Origin: Octopus sinensis
Taxonomy: Eukaryota
Direction of reading: 5' to 3'
DNA: 64,000 bases
NCBI RefSeq assembly: GCF_006345805.1
Contig: NC_043009.1
Location: 9,734,001 to 9,798,000, forward strand
The notes beneath the pieces are model-generated. The model was not told where the DNA came from, made no database searches, and worked only from the letters and a program-made list of their open reading frames with translations. The position numbers and the translations under genes were made by a program. Shown piece after piece: positions 24,742-38,143 of the stretch (its first letter is position 1; each line of letters opens with the position of its first letter).

Positions 24742-25050
24742 TGGAGGCACAATGGCCCAGTGGTTAGGGCAGCAGACTCGTGGTTGGAGGATTGCAGTTT
24801 CGATTCCCAGACCAGGCATTGTGTGTATTTATTGAGCAAAAACACCTAAAGCTCCACGAGGCTCCAGCAGGAGGTGGTGGCGACCCCTGTTGTACTCTTT
24901 CACCCCAACTTTCTCTCACTCTTTCTTCCTGTTTCTTGAGTAACGCTGCGATGGACTGGCGTCCCATCCAGGGGGAGAGAACACATATGCCATAGAAACC
25001 GGGAAAGCCGGGCCCATGAGCCTGGCTAGGCTTGAGAAGGGTGCATAAAT
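24742..25050 (+). mobile_element. SINE family C variant with an alternative 3' end
   Basis: Same head as 7494-7880. The 3' end is shared with the 46862 and 50683 copies. Confidence 0.8.
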
Positions 25051-25672
25051 AAATAATAAACTTGGTAAATGCCATGCTTTATTTCGGTAAATTCCAAATT
25101 TTTTCAGCCCCACCACATATAATATTGATACTGTTAGGAACAGAAAAGTGTCACACCATCAGTCATTTGGGAAAGCACCAATATTTTTGCCAGAAATAAC
25201 TATTAAGAGTACCATACCCCAGAATACAGACAAGGTAAGGTACTTTGTTAATTTTCTTCTTAACCCTTTAGCATTCAGATTATTCTGTCAAATGTGTTTT
25301 GTCCAACCCATGCTAGCATGGAAAGCGGACGTTAAATGATGATGATGATGATGTGCTATGCTTATTTATTCACATTGTTTGGAACTAATCAGGCATTATC
25401 TCGTAGTTTCAAGATTTGAATAATGTGATTACTCTTTTACTCTTTTACTTGTTTCAGTCATTTGACTGCGGCTATGCTGGAGCACTGCCTTTAGTCGAGC
25501 AAATCGACCCCAGGACTTAATCTTTGTAAGACCAGTACTTACTCTTTTGGTCTCTTTTGCCAAAGCACTAAGTTACGAGGATGTAAACACACCAGCATCA
25601 GTTGTCAAGTGATGTTAGGGGGACCAACACAGACACACAAACATATACACACACATATACATACACACACAC

Positions 25673-25713
<41 letters not shown>

Positions 25714-26051
25714 TATATACATATATACGACGGGCTTCTTCCAGAAGCTCTTCCTGTCACCAACCCTTAGCCTTTTACTGCCTCATGGCTGGACATGTTT
25801 TTGCTGCTATTGAAAATGAAAGACGTTTACAACAATCACATGATATCAATTTAAGAAGATACAACCATACACATATGCATACACATACTACGATGGGCTT
25901 CTTTCAGTTTCCTTGTATTAAATCTATTCACAAGGCTTTGGTCATTCAAGGGCTATAGTAGAAAGCCCTTGCCCTATAGGACTTGAATTTGAAACCATGT
26001 AATTGGGAAGTAAACATTTTAATCACATAAGCATGCCTGCACTTACCACAA

Positions 26052-26103
<52 letters not shown>

Positions 26104-26105
<2 letters not shown>

Positions 26106-26661
26106 GCCCTGATGCAGTATCTGACAGTGGCTCTCATGGCTTCTGATCTTAACTGATTGAGAGTGTCATCATGTACATTGTTTTGCCTTTGTATAAAAGA
26201 TGGGCTACAGCAAATATTCTGCTCAACACCACAGATTTGCTTGTCAGTTGTTTGACCTTAACCACTTGAGCATGCCTCATAGTGGCTGATAATATGTGTA
26301 TCTCTGATCATGAGCAGAAGTAGTAGGGGAGCATCATAGCTGTGTGTTGAAAGGAATTCTTGAAGGTTTGGATAATTCACGTTTGGAAACGGGTGGTTCG
26401 TTCAACATCCTTAAACAATCCTTATTCAGGGACCTTTTGAGTGGGATGAGCTACTCAACCAGAAGAAAATTCTAACTGGGCCCCACCTACAAGGTCATGT
26501 GCTGTTTATCTTGATATGAGATCACCATGTCACACACATATGGTTGTGATGCATGTGCCTGGTGTACCCTTATCAGACGAGTCGTCATGATGGGTATACT
26601 GGGCTTCGTATATTTTACCCCAGTGTCGCTTTGATGGCATGCACTGCTCTCTCACTCACTC

Positions 26662-26662
<1 letters not shown>
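26104..26662. mobile_element. Unclassified element of about 560 bp embedded in (TAA)n
   Basis: Higher-complexity block with (TAA)n on both sides and no ORF. Confidence 0.4.
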
Positions 26663-26704
<42 letters not shown>

Positions 26705-27019
26705 TAATAGTGATGATGATGATGATGGACTCTCCTGTCAAAGACGACATACGAGTGTTTGGCTTTTGCGTAATAACCTGCACAAATGATTTCTTTATAA
26801 CGATCAAATGTACGTGCTGTACATTAGCTCACTATCTCCATCAAACTGACATTGCCTGAACAGGTGTATGGTGGACCACAAGTGAGGTCTCAAAGTTATT
26901 GCAGAGCAATGTGAAATGAAGTGTTTTGCTTAAGAATACAATGCACAACCCTGCCTTGGTATTGAAACCACGATCTTGCAATCATAAGTACAAAACCCTA
27001 ACCACTAGGCCATAATAAT

Positions 27020-27053
<34 letters not shown>

Positions 27054-27069
27054 GTAATAATAATAATAA

Positions 27070-27336
27070 CCAGAAAACCCAAAAATGGCAGAAATTCAAA
27101 AGATAGTGCTCATGGGAACTGCTCATATCCTACGCAAAATACTTTCTATGTAATCTCAAGGTTTAAAACAAACATTTTTTTTTTTTTAGACATCCACCAG
27201 TACAACACAAAAAACAACCAAATATATGGCACACTAGGCATAACAACAACGTGAACTTCCAACCTGTTGTCTCTTGAGGTCTCCGGGTGAGACTTGGAGC
27301 CAACTTGTACAAATATAAAGCAAAAGTCAAACATAT
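27070..27336 (+). mobile_element. 5'-truncated R4/Dong-like (RLE) non-LTR retrotransposon in a (TAA)n tract
   Basis: Encodes MAEIQKIVLMGTAHILRKILSM*, matching the R4/Dong-type C-terminal QKxVLxGTAxILRK motif. (TAA)n on both sides. Confidence 0.7.
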
Positions 27337-27744
27337 GATAATAATAATAATGATTTATTTTTCTAAAGATGATGATGATGAAGATGATATCTGATTTGAT
27401 TAATATTTATGACCATTTATTCTTACAGCTGTATACAACAAGTGAAGAACAGAAGCATCACCAGAAATTGGCTTACTTAAAACTTTATTGGTAACCTCCA
27501 GTTTTTGACAAGATAAGGTTCAGTTTTGTTTTCACTGCTACATTATCTTTTCTTCAGTGATTTTTTATTTCTTGTTTCTTAAAAAAAAAATAAATTGCAT
27601 TTGAAATTACTTGAGTCTGTGTCATTTTGAATATAATGTCTTCTGATCATCAATAATTCAGTCATGTATTTTGATAAACTGCTTTACTTTTGCATACCCT
27701 TATCCGACCACTTCATCATTATTGTTAAGTATTTTAATATAATA

Positions 27745-28305
27745 TAATAATAATGAAATTATTGTATACAGTGCTCAGGTGCACCACAACTTGTCAAAAG
27801 TGCATATAAAGCATATGCAGTAATGTACAAATGTCTGGAAAGTGAACAGTGTATGAGTCAGATACATGCCTGCGTGTGTATGGAGGGGAGAAAATCTGGT
27901 GTAGCATTGGTGAATCTCAGGAAGCATGGAAATTTTGAAGGATGCAGTGCTCCGACAACTAACAACTGATGCTGGCAGTCTGTTCCATGCTTCAGCAACT
28001 CTTAGCGTGAAAAAATGTTTCCGAAAGTCATGGGAGCTGTGGTGTTTTCTGACTTTGTAAACATGTCCACAGGTGTTAGACAGGTGGAGTTTGAAAAGGT
28101 GCTCAGAGTTATTGTTTGCAAGATGGTTAATAATTTTATGGGTGTCTGCCAAGTCAGCTGCCAGACGTCGGAGTTTCAATGTATCCATGCCCAGGGAAGT
28201 AAGGCATTTAGAATATGGCAAATGCCTGATGGAGGGTATTCTCTTGGTTGCACGTCGCTGAATGGCTTCCAGACGATTAATATCCTGGGCAAGATAGGGG
28301 TTCCA
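27745..28305 (-). mobile_element. 5'-truncated CR1/L2-type LINE 3' end
   Basis: WNPYLAQDINRLEAIQRRATK...LRRLAADL...FFTLRVAEAWNRLP, then a 3' UTR and a (TTA)n-like tail. Confidence 0.85.
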
Positions 28306-28703
28306 GATTTTCCTCAAGATCCTCATAATTTTCATTGATTTTATTATGTCTAGTTTTCCTATAATAGCTTAGGTTGGACTGGTGTGCAGTCCAGCAATGT
28401 TACATACATTTCAGCATTACATAATCTTTCCTGTGTTATCTAAAATTTTTTTTTTCTGTCCTAGCTTTTCATTTATTATGCAACTTCTATTGGCATTTCA
28501 TACAATTTAAGATTTTTGTCTGTTTAGTTTTCAACTGTTGTCAGCAATTAATCTCTTTGAAAAATATATTGATTTCTTTTAGTTTGTAGCATCAAATTAA
28601 TAGGCATGAATGTATATTTTTGATATTCACACACAGATGACTATAAAATGGTTAAATTAGTGCAATTTAGAAAAAAAAGCACCAAACTAGACACTGTTTT
28701 TGG

Positions 28704-29085
28704 TCATCATCATCATCATCATTTAACGTCCGCTTTCCATGCTAGCATGGGTTGGACGATTTGACTGAGGACAGGCGAACCAGATCGCTACACCAGGCTC
28801 CAATCTGATCTGGCAGAGTTTCTACAGAGTTTCTAACGCCAACCACTCCGAGAGTGTCGTGGATGCTTTTACATGCCACTGGCACGAGGGCCAGTCAGGT
28901 GGTATTGGCAATGGCCATGCTCAAATGGTGTTTTTTATGTGCCACCAGCACAGGAGCTAGTCCATTGGCACTGGCAACGACCTTGCTCAAATGTTTTTTT
29001 TTTTTCATGCGCCACCGGCACAAGTGCCAGTTAGGCGACGCTGGTAACAATCACACTTGAATGGTGCTTTTTACATGCCACCAGC
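28704..29085 (-). mobile_element. Family D element
   Basis: Tail, body and three or more 5' units. Confidence 0.75.
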
Positions 29086-29227
29086 ACATTTTATCATTCC
29101 CAAAAGGATGAAAGTCAAAGTCTACCTTTGCAGAATTTGAACTCAGAACATAGCAGCAGACGAAATACCACTAAGCATTTCACCCAGCATGCTAATGATT
29201 CTGCCAGCTCACCACCTTCAATAATAA

Positions 29228-29275
<48 letters not shown>

Positions 29276-29356
29276 TAATAATAATAAAAATGATAATAAT
29301 GATCATAGTGTGTTATTTCCAGCCCAAGTGATAATATCATCTTTTCTCATTTCCTC

Positions 29357-29393
29357 ATCCTCTGATGAAGGGAAAGGCCTGACATGTTAGGGT
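29357..29393 (+). ncRNA. Decayed minimal type I hammerhead ribozyme
   Basis: auccu-CUGAUGA-agg(gaaagg)ccu-GA[AA missing]-caugUU-agggu. Confidence 0.5.
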
Positions 29394-29454
29394 CTACATT
29401 TTTACAGCAAATAACTTCATCAAAAGCTTATCATCATCTTTTATTTATTGTTTT

Positions 29455-29850
29455 TTTTTACTTGTTTCAGTCATCGACTGTGACCATGATGGAGCACTAT
29501 CTTGAAGGGTTCTAGTTGAACAAATTGACCCTCAGACTTATTTTTATTAAGCCTAGTACTTATTCTATTGACCTCTTTTGCTGAACTGCTAAGTTACGGG
29601 GGATGTAAACACACCAACGTTGGTTGTCAAGTAGTGCTGGGGGAACAAACACAGACACAAAGACACACATACATAGATATATAAATATATTTATATATGT
29701 ATATGTGACAAGCTTCTTTCAGTTTCCATCTACCAAATCCACTCACGAGGTTTTGGCCAGCCTGAGACTATGATAGAACACAATTTTCCAAGGTGCCATG
29801 CAGTGGGATTGAACCTGGAACCATGTGGTTGGGAAGCAAGCTACTTACCA
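29455..29850 (-). mobile_element. SINE family A (diverged)
   Basis: Similarity to other copies. Confidence 0.75.
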
Positions 29851-30538
29851 TAGAGACTCGTCTACATCATCATCATCATTTTTACATCTGCTTTTCCATA
29901 ATGGCAGGAGTTGGACTGGTCAGTTCCAACACAGCATCTCCCCACTTGTTGTAATCCTTTATCATCTCTTTGCGAGGCTCAGCATCCTGAGGTCATCTCT
30001 CCACACTTCTGCCCATGTCTTCAGTTTTCCTTTTCTGCAAAGGCTCCTACTTTCATTGCCTAACACTTTTACCAATCTCTCATTTGTCTTAAGCATTACA
30101 TTCACACCACAGCAACCTTTTCTTTTGTACACTTATAGCTGATAAATCTGATGCCAGGTTTTTCTCTCACTACACTTTTGTGCTTTATCATTCATGCATG
30201 CAGACGTTACCCATCTTGCAGAGCATACTTACCTTCTTTCGTTTTCAGCTCTCAGGTATCATTCACATTCATTGAGCACCATATCTTGCTTACATGCTAT
30301 ATCAATACTTCATCATCATCATCATCATCGTTTAACGTCCGTTTTCTGCACTAGCACGGGTTGGACGGTTCGACCGGGGTCTGGGAAGCCAGGGGCTGCA
30401 CCAGGCTCCAGTCTGATCTGGCAGTGTTTCTACAGCTGGATGCCCTTCCTAACGCCAACAACTCCGCAAGTGTAGTGGGTGCTTTTAACGTGCCACGTGC
30501 ACGGAAGCCAGCCAAGGCGGCGCTGGCATCGGCTAATC

Positions 30539-31917
30539 CAGCAAGACACAGAGTGTAACAAGGCTGGCCTTTTGAAATACAGGTACTACTCATTTTTGCC
30601 AGCTGAGTGGACAGAAGCAACAGGAAATAAAGTGCCTTGCTTTAAGGACACAATACATTGCTGGGAATTGAACTCATGACCATAAGACCAGGAGCTGAGT
30701 ACCTTAACCATTAAGCCACACACCTTCATATTTGCAGTTTAAATCCCTAGGATCTGAGGTAACTGGTATATCTGTATATTTGAAGGCGGTGAGCTGGCAG
30801 AAACGTTAGCATGCCGAGCGAAATGCCTAGTGGTATTTCGTCTGCCACTACGTTCTGAGTTCAAATTCCACTGAGGTCGACTTTGCCTTTCATCCTTCCG
30901 GTGTCGATTAAATAAGTACCAGTTAAGTCCTGGGGTCAATATAAGCGACTTAATCCGTTTGTCTGTCCTTGTTTGTCCTCTCTGTGTTTAGCCCCCTTGT
31001 GGGTAGTAAAGAAATAGGTATATCTGTGTCAGCAGATATAAGTCAATAATGCAAACAGATATAATAGGCGCATGGTACACAAAAGATAGCTCTCTGATAC
31101 TAAGACTTCGCAGTAAACACCCCTTTTGCTTATTAAATCACTTGAGTAACAGAAGGAAATTGAGAAACTGCTAACTATGCCTGTGCCTCCATTATATGTG
31201 AAATCCGTCGTCTCTTTCCAGCCTGTCTATGAATCTGTTGCCCTTTTTTCCCACCTTAGTTTGCATTATTGAATTATACTCTTTACTCTTTTACTTGTTT
31301 CAGTCATTTGACTGCGGCCATGCTGGAGCACTGCCTTTAGTCAAGCAAATTGACCCCGGAACTTATTTTTTGTAAGCCCAGTACTTATTCTATCGGTCTC
31401 TTTTTTTGCTGAACTGCTAGGTTATGGGGACATAAACACACCAGCATCGGTTGTTGAGCGATGTTGGGGAGACAAACACAGACACACAAACATACATACA
31501 TATATATATACATATATACGACGGGCTTCTGTGTGTTTCCGTCTACCAAATCCACTCACAAGGCTTTGGTCGGCCCAAGGCTATAGTAGAAGACTGAACT
31601 AGGAACCATGTGGTTGGTAAGCAAGCTACTTACCACACAGCCACTCCTGTGCCTATTATATCTGTTTGCATTATTGACTTATACAGATACACCAGTTACC
31701 TCAGATCCTAGGAATTTAAACTGCAAATATGAAGGTGTGTGGCTTAATGGTTAAGGTATTCAGCTCATGATCTTACGGTCATGAGTTCAATTCTCAGCAA
31801 TGTATTGTGTCCTTAAAGCAAGACTTTATTTCATGTTGCTCCTGTCCACTCAGTTGGCAAAAATGAGTAGTACCTGCATTTCAAAGGGCCAGCCTTGTCA
31901 CATTCTGTGTCATGCTG
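30539..31917. repeat. Inverted duplication (arms about 270 bp) with later SINE B (30783-31016) and SINE A (31277-31653) inside
   Basis: 30539-30777 plus 31037-31069 is the reverse complement of 31651-31917, including non-SINE flank. Confidence 0.75.
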
Positions 31918-31937
31918 AATCTCCCTGAGAAATATTC

Positions 31938-32660
31938 ATACATACATATATATATGTATGTATATATATACATGCATACATATATATATACATGCATACA
32001 TATATATATATACATGCATACATATATATATATATACATGCATACATATATATATATATATATACACATACATATATGCATGTATATATATACATACATA
32101 CATATATGTGTATATATATACATGCATACATATATGCATGTATATATATATACATACATACATATATGTGTATATATATACATGCATACATATATGTGTA
32201 TATATATATACATGCATACATATATGTGTATATATATATACATGCATACATATATATGTATATATATACATGCATACATATATGTGTATATATATACATG
32301 CATACATATATATATATATATATATATGTATGTATATATATATATACATACATATATGTGTATATATATACATGCATACATATATATATATATGTATCTA
32401 TGTATATATACATACATACATACATGTATATATATATATATGTGTGTATATAAATATATACATACATATATGTATATATATACATATATGTGTGTATATA
32501 TATATACATATACATATATGTATATATATATATACATATATGTGTGTATATATATATATATACATATACATATATGTATATATATATACATATATGTATA
32601 TATATACATACATACATATATGTATATATATATATACATACATATATGTATATATATATA
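31938..32660. repeat. Compound (TA/CA)n microsatellite of about 720 bp with recurring tatatatacatgcataca unit
   Basis: Directly visible. Source of several spurious YI/CM-rich ORFs. Confidence 0.95.
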
Positions 32661-32866
32661 AATCCTTAAATCCTTAAAAATGTTTTAGCCCGAAGGCCGT
32701 GGCCATGCTGGGGCACCACCGCTGAATGAGCTACATTAGTTTGTGAATCCACCTCTGATACGTGGCACTTGATCAACAAGGGAGTTCGATGCTGCTGCCC
32801 GCATCCGTGTCTCCTGTCGTGAGGTAGATTCATCTGGGACTCCCAACAAGAAGAGATCCAGTTTAG
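32661..32866 (-). mobile_element. LINE 3' end (CR1/L2-like) with a (TTAAGGAT)-type tail
   Basis: KLDLFLLGVPDE...AASNSLVDQ* followed by ggtgccccagcatggccacggccttcgggctaaaac. Confidence 0.6.
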
Positions 32867-33332
32867 ATACATACATACATACATAAAAAAAACACGATTC
32901 TTTCGTGGCCGTTGCCAGTACCGCTTGACTGGCCCTCGTGCCGGTGGCAAGTAAAAGCACCCACTACACTCTCAGAGTGGTTGGCATTAGGAAGGGCATC
33001 CAGCTGTAGAAACTCTGCTAGATCAAGATTGGAGCCTGGTGCAGCCATCTGGTTCGCCAGTCCTCAATCAAATCATTCTACCCATGCTAGCATGGAAAGC
33101 GGACGTTAAACGATGATGGTGATGATAATGATACATACATAATGTATATATATATATACATGCATATATGTATATATATATATATACACACATATATGTA
33201 TGTATGTATGTATATATACATACATACATATATATATATATGTATGCATGTATATATATACACATATATGTATATATATATATACATACATACATGCATG
33301 TATATATATATATATACATACATACATGTATG

Positions 33333-33366
<34 letters not shown>

Positions 33367-34528
33367 AGGTGAAGGAAAGTGTTTATGTTGAGTTTTCTCC
33401 CCCTCTCAATGCGACACAATACGCCTGCAGGTACAGGGAAGAAAACTCGTATGGCAACATGATTCCCCTTCAGTATACTAAAAGTTAATGAAATGTAATG
33501 TCCCACCCTCTCTCTTTCCCTCTCTGTTTATGTGCATGAGCAAATTTCTCTATGTGTGTGTGAGAGGTGGTAAGGTGGTTATGTCAGTCATGTTCAGTTA
33601 ATCTATTGTAATGTCTCTCTTTTGCTCGTAATGTCTCTCTGTATGGGTATATTTTTGTGTGCATTGTTTTTGTGTACATTTGCCTCCAGAGTGAAACAGT
33701 TCTGCCACCAAAATAAGTTCAGTGTCCAATCACCTGTGCCAAATCACCAGTGCAACCAGACAGCCGTTTCCTATCATCTTACTCTCAAGCATGGATGCTG
33801 TGTCAGTTCACCTGCACTCAGTCTACTTTCACTTTCACAATAGTACATTCAATGAATCAACAGTCAAATCAATAAATTATAACAAACAACTGAACAAATT
33901 TAACATGTATAATTTATTTATTTATCATTTATTCAATTTCTTTTTTTATTGAATGTCTAAAGTAATTTATTAACAATAATAAAATAACAATTTGACGCCA
34001 CCAACAAACTATCCGCCTCACACTTGGCAAAAAAAAAAAAATGAGATGAAAGCATCTATGAACATTTTCTTATAGTAATTGTGTTTCAACAAATATTTAT
34101 TTAAATGTCAATTAATTAAATAATTAACTTGTAATTTGTCCCTGTCTTAGTTTGTATGTATATATATATGCATGTGTGCATGTATGTGTGAGTATATTTG
34201 TTAGATTATTTGGCAAAATACACTATCACAGATATGTTCAAAATATAACTAAAGTAATAATAATAATAATGATAACAATAATAATGGTCTCTTAATAATA
34301 ATAATAATAATAATAATGTTTTCTACTAGAGGCACAAGGCCTGAAATTTTAGGGGAGGGGTAAGTTGAGTTCATCAACCCCCAGCATTCAACTGGTACTC
34401 ATTTCATCGACCCCCAAAAAGATGAAAGGCAAAGTTGACCTCAGAGGAATTTAAACACAGAAAATAGAGCCAGAAGAAATGCTGCTATCGATATGCTAAT
34501 GCTTCTCCCAACTTGTTGCCTTTAATAA

Positions 34529-34559
<31 letters not shown>

Positions 34560-36112
34560 AGTAATAATAATAATCATCTTTACATTGGCACGAGGCCTCA
34601 CATTGAAAGGGAAAAATAAATGACATTGTTTTAACACTAATGTTTTCCTCCCCAAGGACATTAATGATAATATATGCAAAAATATTCTAGCTAATTGTAA
34701 TTGAGTAATGAACTTGGTCCATTGAGAAATTACTGCTGCACTACAGGATCTACCACAATTATAAGGACGTTATATTTACAGACAGGCACAAAGCCAATTA
34801 GCATTGGGAAAAATCACCCTTTGGAACAAGTATTTTAATGGCATTTCAGACCCTAAAGGTATGGAAAGCAGAATTGGATATGAATTCAGTTATTATACAA
34901 AAGAAATTGAATTTTCTAAAGCATTTGTTCCAGGATTCTGCTGTTTAAATGTAAACTTCACTACTTTCATAATAATGTTCAAGTAGTTTTTTTTTGTCTC
35001 GGTTCAAGATTATTATTATTATTATTTTTTTTTTTTTAGGAAGAGGAGTTGATTAAACATACAAACATATCAATACCATTACATACATCTTGTTGGTATA
35101 TATTTTATTGACTCCTGAAACGTTTGATTCAGATATTGTAAAGCAGACAAAATTGTCTTACTATTATCATTTTGTCCACATCCTGTACCCCAAAATAAAT
35201 ACGGATTCCTCACATTGCCACAAGGCTGCAGATTTATCAGAAGAGAGAGAGTTAATTTTTATTGGTGGATCCTGGTGAGATTGGAACCCAGAACATAAAA
35301 CTAAATACAAATAGTATTCCTTTTATATTGATATTATCAGTTCCAATAACAGAGAGCCTCACATTTAAAATGGATGTTCATTTTTTATCTCGTTTTTGTA
35401 TTTGGTTTGGAAGCATATTTTATTGTGTCTGAGGAGTGTCATTCTCTTTTATCAAAAACAGTAAAAGGAGAAGGGAATTAAAATATTCTAGATGTAGCTC
35501 ACCAAAAGCTTACATATTACTTTAAAACATATGCCCCACTCTCATATAATATTGGTTTATTTTTATTCAGTACAAGATCAGTTTTTGAGAAGAATTATAA
35601 TCAACTGAATCAGTATCTATGTAATACTCATCAAAATCGAACCTAGCAAGATATTAATTCATAATATAGCGATAAGACGTAGTCAAGCACTTGGTTGTTT
35701 TTATTACTATATTGCCCTTTATTTTTATAGAAAGAGAATTTCAAATTTATAGAGTCAGGGGAGCATATGAAATCATAATGTTTACATTTTCTTTAACCCT
35801 TTAAGCATTTAAACTGGTTTTGTGTCCAGACTGGCCAGATCTGGCCTCTTACACTTACCCTTCAATGTTATTCTAAAAATAAACACTCACGCCATTGAAA
35901 TCTCAAAGTTACAAGGTAATGCATGGCTAATTCATATCGATGTGAATAAATAAACCTTAAACTTGACATAATAATCTGAATGCTGAAGAAAGACTTAAAG
36001 CTATGTAGGTGAAAAGAACTGAAATGGAGTTGAGCCAAAAATCAAAACCAATTTATGGAAATTAGCTTCTGTGCTACAGGAAGTTGGCACTAAATCCTTT
36101 AACCCTTTAGCA

Positions 36113-36880
36113 CAAGGGTTCTCAACCATTTTTTTTTTTTACTTATGGCCCCCTTTGATTACTATTTTATTCTTGTTTCTTTACTGCCCACAAGGAGCTA
36201 AACACAGAGAGGACAAACAAGGACAGACAGACGGATTAAGTCGATTATATTGACCCCAGTGAATAACTGGTACTTATTTAATCGACCCCGAAAGGATGAC
36301 AGGCAAAGTCGACCTAGGCAGAATTTGAACTCAACGTAACGACAGACGAAATACCTATTTCTTTACTACCCGCAAGGGGCTAAACACAGAGGGGACAAAC
36401 AAGGACAGACAAATGGATTAAGTCGATTATATCGACCCCAGTGCGTAACTGGTACTTATTTAATCGACCCCGAAAGGATGACAGGCAAAGTCAACCTTGG
36501 CGGAATTTGAACTCAGAACGTAGCGGCAGACAAAATACTGCTAAGCATTTCACCCAGCGTACTAACGTTTCTGCCAGTTCGCCACCTTTGATTACTATTT
36601 TATTCTGGTGGACCACTATAACCATTCGATGTTTAAAAACTAGTTTTATAGAAACTTCTCCCAAAATCCCTATTTTGTTTTGCACACATTAATTGGTGTG
36701 GGTTGAACTCAGTAAAGTGTTAGAGAAAGAAACCTAGCAGTTTCTTGCAATAAATACCAATACATACATCTAAGGAATAATTTTTCAGGAGCCCTTAAAA
36801 TACTATTGTAGATCTGCAATTTACTATTTTGTCATGTGGACCCCCCAAAAATCTTATATGGACCCGGTTGAGAACCACTG
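36113..36880. mobile_element. hAT-type MITE
   Basis: TIRs caagggttctcaacc / ggttgagaaccactg and an 8-bp TSD ctttagca (36105-36112) / ctttaaca (36881-36888). Confidence 0.8.
36174..36586 (-). mobile_element. SINE family B dimer (full plus truncated copy) within a single TSD
   Basis: Flanked by the direct repeat cctttgattactattttattct (36152-36173, 36585-36606). Confidence 0.8.
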
Positions 36881-38143
36881 CTTTAACATTTAATCTGGTC
36901 ATATCCAGCCAATAAATATTCTTTTCTTTATGTTCAAATCAGTCAGATCTTGCTTTTCACACCTACCCTGCAATGTCATTCTAAATATAAACAATTGCAT
37001 CACTGAAGTATTATCAAACTTATGAAATAAGCTATGATTAATTCAAACCAATGTGAATGAATAAGCTGAGTGGTCTGGATGCTAAAGGGTTAGATATTTA
37101 TAACCACAAATAAAGATTAGAAATGTAATATCTAAATTTTGAAAAGGCTGTTTAACATTTTCATCATTGAAATATATAACGAAGAAAAAAAAATTAAGAT
37201 CAACACAAAATAAGTTTCTCATAGGAATTATCATATTACCATTTTATGTAACAGTTACTTCAATTTTTGGAAGTGGTTCACAACTCCACCCACCCATCCA
37301 TTTACACATGTGTATAAACATACATTCGCTTGATATGTATTTTTTTTTTTTGTTAGCAATGTTTAAAATAATTTCTCTATCATTTTGAAAGCAACATCAC
37401 TAGTTATATCTGAAAGCAGGATATATATATATATATACATACATATATGTCTCTCTCTCTATATATATATACATATATACACTGAGGATCATCTGTAGGA
37501 AATTTGATTTTATGTTTGTGTGTGTGTACATATATATGTACAAAGAGAAAGAAAGTCACATGGAAATCCAATACATCCAATCAATGCTTAAATATGTTTT
37601 CTCTTTATACTATGAACCAATTTTTATTTTAAAAGTTTCATATTTATGATGTATGCTTTCATTTCATATATTTTCAAAAGAATCTTATAACTTAATGACT
37701 TTCATACACACACATATATCGCCAGTTTCTCTCGTTTAAAAAAACCCACTTTTTTCTTAAAAAATGTCTATATTGTAAATTTTCTTACAAACAAATGTAT
37801 AAAGTTTCACTGATATAAACTCTTTAAGACATAGCTTCGGTTGAATTCAGCCAATTGAGTTATTATAGAGGATAATGTTTTCATGTGGTTCAAATGCATT
37901 CATTTAATTAAATTAGTTATTGAGTTGAATTGAAACCCCTTTTTGGCATTACAGATTTGTTTTGATCAATAGTAATTTGAAAGCCATCAAAAGAATCTCC
38001 AAATAATTCATGTCTACTGGAATAAAAAAAAAATGTTGGCAGAAAGGTTTTTTTTAACTGATCTCTCAATATAAAGTTATATATATATATATATATATAT
38101 ATATGTAGAAGGTTGAAAAGGAACACACGAGTTGATATATAGG

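Larger units (their letters stand above)
36099..37092. mobile_element. piggyBac-type MITE (TTAA|ccctttagca...tgctaaaggg|tta) containing nested elements
   Basis: Terminal inverted repeats and TTAA-like target. Related copies at about 25260, 35793, 46631-47160 and 48131-48355. Confidence 0.7.

Noticed and set aside
31881-32677. Long ORFs (up to 252 aa) of Y/I/C/M/H
   Set aside because: Translations of stop-free (TA/CA)n microsatellite. The same applies at about 8275-8800, 13450-13850, 33070-33500, 44070-44330, 54300-55020 and 59240-59700.
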